Assembly (NCBI GenBank): GCA_040377425.1
Contig: JBEIOU010000011.1
Location: 1 to 64,000, forward strand
Direction of reading: 5' to 3'
DNA: 64,000 bases
From: Micavibrio sp.
Lineage (GTDB): Bacteria; Pseudomonadota; Alphaproteobacteria; Micavibrionales; UBA2020
Shown here: positions 58,087-64,000 of the stretch, piece by piece
How positions within the stretch are numbered: position 1 is the stretch's first letter
Layout of the letters: every line of letters starts with the position of its first letter
The notes under the pieces: model-generated
What the model saw: only the letters and a program-made list of their open reading frames with translations
Database searches by the model: none
What the model was told of the DNA's origin: nothing
Made by a program: the position numbers and the translations under genes

Positions 58087-58973
58087 CCCACCACCTCTTT
58101 GAGGCCTTGGCCACGGCGGGCGATGACCATCAGGCCAATCATGACGCCTGCGATCAGGATGACGGAAATAGCGGCGCCGAAGGGCCAGTTACGGCCCATG
58201 CCGAACTGGTTTTCAATCAGGTTGCCGAGCATCATCTGCTTGCCGCCGCCCAGCATGTCCGCCGCAAGGAAGGAGCCGACCGTAGGGATGAATACCAACA
58301 CCACGCCCCCCAGAATGCCGGGGATGCAGGCGGGCAGCACCACATGGCGCAGCGTTTGCAGGCGCGTTGCGTACAAATCGCGGGCAGCTTCGACCTGACG
58401 CCAGTCCATACGCTCGAGGCTGGAATAAATCGGCAGGATCATAAAGGGCAGATAGCTATAGACAAGGCCGAGACCGACGGCGAAAGGGGTATAAAGCAGT
58501 TTAATCGGCTCATCGATCAATCCCGCTTCTTGCAGCATGGAGTTGACGAGGCCCGTATCGCGCAAAATCAAAATCCATGCATAGGTGCGGATCAGCAGGT
58601 TCGTCCAGAACGGGATGGTGACCAAGATCATCCAGAAATCGCGCTGCTTTTCCGGACGGGTGGCCATGAACCACGCCATAGGAAAGCCGATAAGAACGCA
58701 AAGGCCTGTGGCAAAAATGGCCAGCACGGTGGATTTGAAAATGATTTCAAGATAACGCGTATCGATATGCAGGTTGCCCTGCAAATCGGGGGAGTACAGG
58801 AAGCGTTGATATCCGGCAAGGGAGAATTCGTGCTTTATGCCGCCCATAGGGTCGGGCGCCATAAACGAATAGCCGACTGCAATGCACAGCGGCAGCACAA
58901 AAAACACAACCATAATTGCCAAAAACGGCAAAAGCAGCGTTGTGCCGCGGGACAGCCCCATCACGATGCGCAC
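58083..58973 (-). CDS. potB: Polyamine ABC transporter permease
   Basis: 6 TM permease. ATGA-type overlap with potC. Confidence 0.8.
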   Translation of the reverse strand: MRIVMGLSRGTTLLLPFLAIMVVFFVLPLCIAVGYSFMAPDPMGGIKHEFSLAGYQRFLYSPDLQGNLHIDTRYLEIIFKSTVLAIFATGLCVLIGFPMAWFMATRPEKQRDFWMILVTIPFWTNLLIRTYAWILILRDTGLVNSMLQEAGLIDEPIKLLYTPFAVGLGLVYSYLPFMILPIYSSLERMDWRQVEAARDLYATRLQTLRHVVLPACIPGILGGVVLVFIPTVGSFLAADMLGGGKQMMLGNLIENQFGMGRNWPFGAAISVILIAGVMIGLMVIARRGQGLKEVVG

Positions 58974-59977
58974 CGGATCAGCATATCGGGCAGCAGCGCA
59001 ACGCGCACACGCGCATCGACGTTGACGGGCAGTTTTTCATGATCGGCGACGGTGACGGTTTCGCCGCTATCCAGCGTGACTTGGTAATAAGTCACCGCAC
59101 CGTGATAGGCGAGGGCGTCCAGACGTCCATGTACAATCGGGCCCGGCGTATCGGGCTGTTGCCCTTCGCGGATCAAAATCGTGGCGTCTTCGGGGCGGAA
59201 ACCGATATGGCCGCTTTCCTGCAAACCCAGACTGCCGGCGGAAATGAAATTGCAAATACCGATAAAGTCGGCGACGTAGCGCGACACGGGGCGGTGATAA
59301 ATTTCCTGCGGCGAGCCCAGCTGGCCGATGCGCCCGCGCTCCATCACGGCGATGCGGTCAGACATGGACAGTGCTTCTTCCTGATCGTGCGTGACGAAAA
59401 TGAAGGTAATTTCGGTTTCGCGCTGCAAACGTTTCAGTTCGATCTGCATATCCTTGCGCAGTTTATAGTCAAGCGCGGAGAGGGATTCGTCGAGCAGCAA
59501 AATCTTGGGGCGGTTCACCAGCGCACGCGCCAGCGCCACACGCTGCTGTTGGCCGCCCGATAATTCAGACGGATAGCGTGCGCCGAAATTTTGCATGCGC
59601 ATCAGCTCAAGCGCTTCGGCAGTTGCTTTTTGAATGTCTGCCTGATCTTTACCCTGCATGCGCATGCCAAAACCGATGTTGTCATTCACCGTCATGTGCG
59701 GGAACAGCGCATAGCTTTGGAATACCGTGTTAACAGGGCGATGGTTGGGCGGCAGCGCGGCGATGTCGACGCCATCCAGCATGATCTGCCCTTCGTCGCA
59801 GCTTTCAAGCCCGGCAATCAAACGCAGCAGCGTTGTTTTACCGCAGCCGGAGGGGCCGAGCAGCGTGAAGAATTCATTCTCGCGCACGTTGAGGGATAAA
59901 TCATCGACCGCACGCACCGGATTGCTGGCGGAGCCGAAAAATTTGGTAACAGACTGAATAATAAGACGATCGGACAT
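58961..59977 (-). CDS. potA: Polyamine ABC transporter ATP-binding protein
   Basis: Walker [10 protein letters not shown], signature [15 protein letters not shown], and a C-terminal TOBE-like regulatory domain. Confidence 0.9.
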   Translation of the reverse strand: MSDRLIIQSVTKFFGSASNPVRAVDDLSLNVRENEFFTLLGPSGCGKTTLLRLIAGLESCDEGQIMLDGVDIAALPPNHRPVNTVFQSYALFPHMTVNDNIGFGMRMQGKDQADIQKATAEALELMRMQNFGARYPSELSGGQQQRVALARALVNRPKILLLDESLSALDYKLRKDMQIELKRLQRETEITFIFVTHDQEEALSMSDRIAVMERGRIGQLGSPQEIYHRPVSRYVADFIGICNFISAGSLGLQESGHIGFRPEDATILIREGQQPDTPGPIVHGRLDALAYHGAVTYYQVTLDSGETVTVADHEKLPVNVDARVRVALLPDMLIRCAS

Positions 59978-60063
59978 GGGCCGATCATATTACGTTCCCG
60001 CGCATCCTTCAACCGCAGATGGGGCGGTTGTGGCGGCTTACGGTAAATATGCTGCACTGCTTT

Positions 60064-61179
60064 TTATGAACGGATGATCTCGATATCCAAATCGCCGATG
60101 GCGTCGGTGTATTCGGTCAGGCTCATCAGCCCGACGCAGGGCATGGCGCCTGCGGGCAGGCTGCCGCGGTCGGCGACAAGACGCCGCGCCATAACCAGCG
60201 CAGGGATGGTCGGCAGGTGCGGGCCGTGCCCTTGGCGGGCGATCAGATAAAAGTTTTTCTCAAGCGCGTCGCCATTCGCGCGGCTGCCGCGCAGGGTCAT
60301 ATAAAAACCGCTGCGGGCCGTGCCGAGGGGGTCGCAAAGCGGACTGAGTTTCAAAAGCGTTTTTGCCAGCGGCGACAGGCTTTTCAAAACGCCGCTGCGC
60401 ACCAGAAAACTGAGCAGCCAGAGCGCGATTTGCTGCGCCCCGACCTCGACCCCCGCCAGAAAGTTGATGCTCCGCAGCTGCGGATAGCGGGCGGGGAAGA
60501 TCTCCAGATCCGGCACATCGCAATGCGCCATCAAACGTGTGCCCAGATGCGGGAACGTTCGGCGTTGCAGTCCTTGCCAGCCATAAACGGTGCGCAGAAT
60601 GCCGTCTTTGATGGTCGTGAAAGGCTTTCCTGCGTAATCCAGCAGGCCTTGCGCTGTGGCAAGGCCGGGCGGTGTTTTTTGCGCGGTGCTGATGCCATAG
60701 TCGATATCGCTGAGGGTGGCAAACAGCGGTTTATACTCATCAATTACGGCGGCGGTCAGCGCGGGGACGGAACTGGCGCCGCTGATAATCCGGCAATTCT
60801 GCGCCTTGGCGTCCGCGTCCAGCATGCCGATGCCCGCCACAAATGCGCGGCCATCGGCCAGATCGATATAATCGCAGCCAAGCACGATGCAGGCGCGCGC
60901 GACATCGTATCCTTGCCCTTGAAACGGCCCGCAGGTGTGGATGACAATATTTGGTGCCAGCGCGGCAATCGCGGTTGAAATACCGTCGTTGATATCCAGC
61001 AGGCAGGGCCTTACATCGGCAGCGGCGCCCTTCAGGCTATCGGCCAAAGCGGCGGCTTTGGCCACGTCGCGTCCGGCGACCAGAATTTCAAGCCCTGCGT
61101 CTTTGGACAGTTCTTGCGTGATGCGTTTGCCGAAATTGCCGTAGCCGCCCAAAATCAGGATGCGTTTTTGCGTGCTCAT
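60064..61179 (-). CDS. Saccharopine dehydrogenase-like NAD(P)-binding oxidoreductase
   Basis: Start at MSTQKRILILGGYGNFGKRI (Rossmann GxGxxG; ATGA overlap with the upstream gene). Confidence 0.75.
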   Translation of the reverse strand: MSTQKRILILGGYGNFGKRITQELSKDAGLEILVAGRDVAKAAALADSLKGAAADVRPCLLDINDGISTAIAALAPNIVIHTCGPFQGQGYDVARACIVLGCDYIDLADGRAFVAGIGMLDADAKAQNCRIISGASSVPALTAAVIDEYKPLFATLSDIDYGISTAQKTPPGLATAQGLLDYAGKPFTTIKDGILRTVYGWQGLQRRTFPHLGTRLMAHCDVPDLEIFPARYPQLRSINFLAGVEVGAQQIALWLLSFLVRSGVLKSLSPLAKTLLKLSPLCDPLGTARSGFYMTLRGSRANGDALEKNFYLIARQGHGPHLPTIPALVMARRLVADRGSLPAGAMPCVGLMSLTEYTDAIGDLDIEIIRS

Positions 61180-61793
61180 GCGGGGGAATCCTCGTTCATT
61201 GTAAACACGCCGCTGTAGCCGAAAACGCAGCCCCACAGCGGGTGGGTGATGTCCATTGTCATGGCAAACCGGTTATCATCCAGCGCTGTTTCGCTGGCAT
61301 TGCCGCGCCCCAGAATCCATTCAGCGGGGAAGGGGATGCTACGTCCAAAAATGTTCAGCGTATAGCCGCGGTGCTGCATATCAATCTTTTCGCCCGTCCA
61401 GATAAACGCGGCACGCCAGCCGAAGCCGAGGCGCGTATGCTCCGTCATCGTATTTCCGCCCGACGGCAGCATAACAGATTTAAAACGGTACGGCTTTTTA
61501 CCCGGGAAATAAAACACGCGGTCAAACGCCATGCCGTGCTGGCCATTTTTAGTAGTACTTTCAAACCGTACGGATGCGCGAATGTCTTTACCAGCATAGG
61601 GCACCAGCGTACCCGAAAGATAAAACACCGGTGCCAGCATACGCCCCAGAAACGATGTACGGATTTCCATGATACCATCGCAGGCATTGGTGTCGTTCGT
61701 GCCGCTGCGGCAGGCATAATGGCGATGGAATACGCGGGGCAGGCGTGCCCAGTCGTCACCAAAAATGCTTTTGAAAACGGGTTCCTGTGTCAT
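61176..61793 (-). CDS. DUF4166-like protein (partner of saccharopine-dehydrogenase-like proteins)
   Basis: 205 aa. Family assignment from memory of the conserved SDH-like/DUF4166 pairing. The two genes are translationally coupled. Confidence 0.6.
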   Translation of the reverse strand: MTQEPVFKSIFGDDWARLPRVFHRHYACRSGTNDTNACDGIMEIRTSFLGRMLAPVFYLSGTLVPYAGKDIRASVRFESTTKNGQHGMAFDRVFYFPGKKPYRFKSVMLPSGGNTMTEHTRLGFGWRAAFIWTGEKIDMQHRGYTLNIFGRSIPFPAEWILGRGNASETALDDNRFAMTMDITHPLWGCVFGYSGVFTMNEDSPA

Positions 61794-62257
61794 ATCGGTT
61801 TTGTAACCATCAAGCCGAAAATGACCAGCAGCGCCACAAACGCGGGCCAGCCGAGCGCGAACCAGATGCGGAATAATTTGGCATAGCGCGGGGGCAGGTC
61901 GGTGCCGGTATCAATCGCGACCTTCAGCATGCCCCGCAGCTGCAGCTGTATCCAGACCACGGGCAGCCAGCAAAGACCGGCCACGGCATAAAGGCCATAG
62001 GTGACGCTCAGCCACAAATCATGCACGCCATAACCGCCATTTATGACCAGCCAGATGCCTGTGGCGGGCTGCAAGATCACGGCAGGGGTGGTGAAAACCA
62101 TATCGGCCAGTACCGTCATGCGCGCGGCGAAGTGTTTTTCGTGCAGGTTTTTGGCGAAATGCGATGCGTACATAAAAAACGCAATCCCGATGCCCGTGCC
62201 GAACAGCACGGTCGAGCCAAGGATATGCAGCGTTTTGACAGCTTGGTAGGTGTCCAT
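61790..62257 (-). CDS. DUF2269-like small integral membrane protein
   Basis: 4 TM helices. The start is either 62257 or 62284. ATGA-type overlap with the DUF4166 gene. Confidence 0.55.
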   Translation of the reverse strand: MDTYQAVKTLHILGSTVLFGTGIGIAFFMYASHFAKNLHEKHFAARMTVLADMVFTTPAVILQPATGIWLVINGGYGVHDLWLSVTYGLYAVAGLCWLPVVWIQLQLRGMLKVAIDTGTDLPPRYAKLFRIWFALGWPAFVALLVIFGLMVTKPI

Positions 62258-62386
62258 GCGGGCGGCCTTGCGGGGTTTATGCACTGCGTCATTCTGTCCT
62301 TTTTCGTGTGCAGAAACAAGCTTTCATCATTCCGTAAAACGAAACGAAAAATTAAGCTTTTGGGGATTATTCTATCTGCAATCTCC

Positions 62387-62415
62387 TTGTCTCGCCTCTA
62401 TGGGCGGCCTATAAT
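62387..62415 (+). promoter_or_regulatory. Candidate sigma-70 promoter TTGTCT-N17-TATAAT for dcp
   Basis: Read directly. Consensus -10 box, 17-nt spacer, about 40 nt upstream of ATG 62457. Confidence 0.45.
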
Positions 62416-62456
62416 TGATTACATAAAATAACAACATCGCTGAAAGGGCTTTCTGT

Positions 62457-64000
62457 ATGTCTAAAACGCCGGAAACCAACCCGCTTCTCTCGCCGTCTAA
62501 ACTGCCGCATGGCGCACCGCCGCTGGATACGGTGAAGGTAGAGCATTTCCTGCCCGCGCAGAAAATCGGTATCGAAGAAGCCAAGCGCGAGATCGAGGCG
62601 ATCAAGACCAACAAAGCCCCCGCGACCTTCCAGAACACGATCGAGGCGCTGGAATTCGCTGGCGGTACGCTTAGCCGCGTCATGACGATTTTCGGCAATA
62701 TCTCCGCCGCCAGCAGCAGCGATGCCTTGCGTGCCATCGAAGGCGACCTGAAAGTCGCCGCCGTGAAGCATGGCAACGACATCAGCATGGATGCCGACCT
62801 GTTCAAGCGCGTGAAAGAAGTCTACGATCAGCGCGAAGGGCTGAAACTCAGTAGCGAACAGCACATGCTGCTCGAAGAAACCTACAAGGGTTTTGTCCGC
62901 TCCGGTGCGCTGCTGGATGAAACCCAAAAAACGCGTCTGCGCGAAATCAGCGAAAGGATGTCTGAACTGCGCACCGAATACAAAAACAACAACCTGAAAT
63001 CGGTTGCCGCGTTCCAGAAAGTCGTCGATGACGAACATGAACTGGCGGGCGTTCCCGAACGTGCCAAAGCGGCCTATCGTGCCGCCGCCGAAGATGCGGG
63101 CATGCCGGGCAAGTTCCTGATTAAGCTGTCGCCCCCTCCGATTGATATCGTGTCCTATAGCGAAAACCGTGCGCTGCGCGAAGAAATCTCCCGTGCGCTC
63201 AGCAACGTTGCGTACAAGGATGAATTCGATAACTCCAAAAACGCGATGGAAATCGCCAAGCTGCGTCACGAAGCGGCGAACATCATGGGCTTTGAAAGTC
63301 ATGCTGCATTCGTGCTCGACAACCGCATGGCCAAAACGCCGGATGCGGTGAATGACTTCCTTGCCAAAAACGAAAAAGTCTATCGCCCTGCGGCCGAAGA
63401 ATACCTGCAAAAAGTCAAAGACTACGCGCAGAAAACCGACGGCATTACCGACTTCAAGCCTTGGGACATGGCGTACTACGGCCGCCGCCTGAAGGAAGAA
63501 GAATTCAGCCTGTCGATGGAATCCCTGCGCCCGTACTTCGATCTTGAAAAAGTATTGGACGGCATGCGCAAGCACGCCGAAAACCTGTTCAACATCGACC
63601 TGACCGAAGTGAAGGGCAAATACCCCGTCTATCACGAAGATGTCAAAGTCTACGAAGTTACCGACAAGAAAACGGGCGAGATGATCGGCCTGTTCTATGG
63701 CGATTACTACGCCCGCCCCGGCGAGAAAAGCGGCGGCGCGTGGATGAATACCTTCCGTGGCCGCGGTATCGAAGATGGTGAAAACCAGTTCGCCATCGTG
63801 ACCAACGTTTGCAATTTCCAAAAGCCGACCAAAGACCACCCGACGCTGCTGTCGATTGACGAAGTGCGCACGGTGTTCCATGAATTCGGCCATGGCTTGC
63901 ATGCACTACTGGCGCGCGGCGACTATCCGTCACTGACTGGCACCAACGTGAAGTGGGACTTCGTGGAGCTGCCGTCGCAGCTGCAGGAAAACTGGGCGAA
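62457..64000 (+). CDS. dcp: Peptidyl-dipeptidase Dcp / oligopeptidase A (M3 family zinc metallopeptidase), 5' part; continues beyond the window
   Basis: Open frame from ATG 62457 to the window end. Not listed in the ORF track, presumably because it has no stop in the window. HEFGHGLH zinc motif near 63880. M3-family similarity throughout. Confidence 0.85.
   Translation, partial: MSKTPETNPLLSPSKLPHGAPPLDTVKVEHFLPAQKIGIEEAKREIEAIKTNKAPATFQNTIEALEFAGGTLSRVMTIFGNISAASSSDALRAIEGDLKVAAVKHGNDISMDADLFKRVKEVYDQREGLKLSSEQHMLLEETYKGFVRSGALLDETQKTRLREISERMSELRTEYKNNNLKSVAAFQKVVDDEHELAGVPERAKAAYRAAAEDAGMPGKFLIKLSPPPIDIVSYSENRALREEISRALSNVAYKDEFDNSKNAMEIAKLRHEAANIMGFESHAAFVLDNRMAKTPDAVNDFLAKNEKVYRPAAEEYLQKVKDYAQKTDGITDFKPWDMAYYGRRLKEEEFSLSMESLRPYFDLEKVLDGMRKHAENLFNIDLTEVKGKYPVYHEDVKVYEVTDKKTGEMIGLFYGDYYARPGEKSGGAWMNTFRGRGIEDGENQFAIVTNVCNFQKPTKDHPTLLSIDEVRTVFHEFGHGLHALLARGDYPSLTGTNVKWDFVELPSQLQENWA

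Noticed and set aside
62409-63902. 497-aa minus-strand ORF
   Set aside because: Antisense to the M3 peptidase gene (HEFGHGLH motif on the plus strand).

Overview
This 64-kb, high-GC (about 60%) window is gene-dense chromosomal DNA. Its gene content and gene order look alphaproteobacterial, though that is inference from protein families, not a database hit. I found no rRNA, tRNA, CRISPR array, transposase or integrase; the window is mostly core metabolism and envelope functions. From start to end: a complete cbb3 oxidase locus ccoN(partial)OQP-ccoGHIS followed by hemN, ending at a terminator. Then a divergent ompW / Crp-Fnr pair whose intergenic region carries two perfect FixK/FNR-type palindromes. 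Then a His-rich Fur-family regulator, an ankyrin-repeat protein, a cinA-like gene, map and radC. Next comes a secreted protein with a possible TIMP/NTR-like fold, immediately upstream of an ECF sigma factor whose start-overlapping partner is a membrane anti-sigma-like protein fused to a YfbK-type vWA/DUF3520 domain. Then a convergent Yip1-like membrane protein, a MaoC-dehydratase plus large SPFH/flotillin-like operon, and a same-strand run ACAD-asmA-yihY-purB-recO-parC. After that: an orphan hypothetical, bpt, motB, motA, an arginase-family gene, a membrane protein with a poly-Q tail, hemB and a 3-hydroxyisobutyryl-CoA-hydrolase-like gene. Then a MarR regulator, a hypothetical with a Q/P-rich linker, a class-3 lipase-like gene, gcdH, a conserved 66-aa protein and a second ankyrin protein. 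The rest is rpiB, glyA, nrdR-nusB, a metC-sseA-NUDIX operon, the macA-macB-nodT efflux operon, a rimK-like ligase, a cation/proton antiporter, potABCD on the minus strand, a saccharopine-dehydrogenase-like / DUF4166 / DUF2269 trio, and the 5' part of dcp. Start/stop codon overlaps of 4 nt (ATGA, GTGA, TGATG, TAATG) are very frequent, implying pervasive translational coupling. Two conserved genes under 60 aa (ccoQ, ccoS) are absent from the ORF track. Many long antisense 'shadow' ORFs in the track are rejected. I found no self-evident novel multi-gene system. The least-explained modules are the TIMP-like / ECF sigma / vWA-anti-sigma locus, the MaoC-flotillin operon, the lipase/ankyrin neighbourhood, and the SDH-like/DUF4166/DUF2269 trio. 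Hand-counted coordinates may be off by 1-2 nt; the ORF-track coordinates were treated as authoritative.
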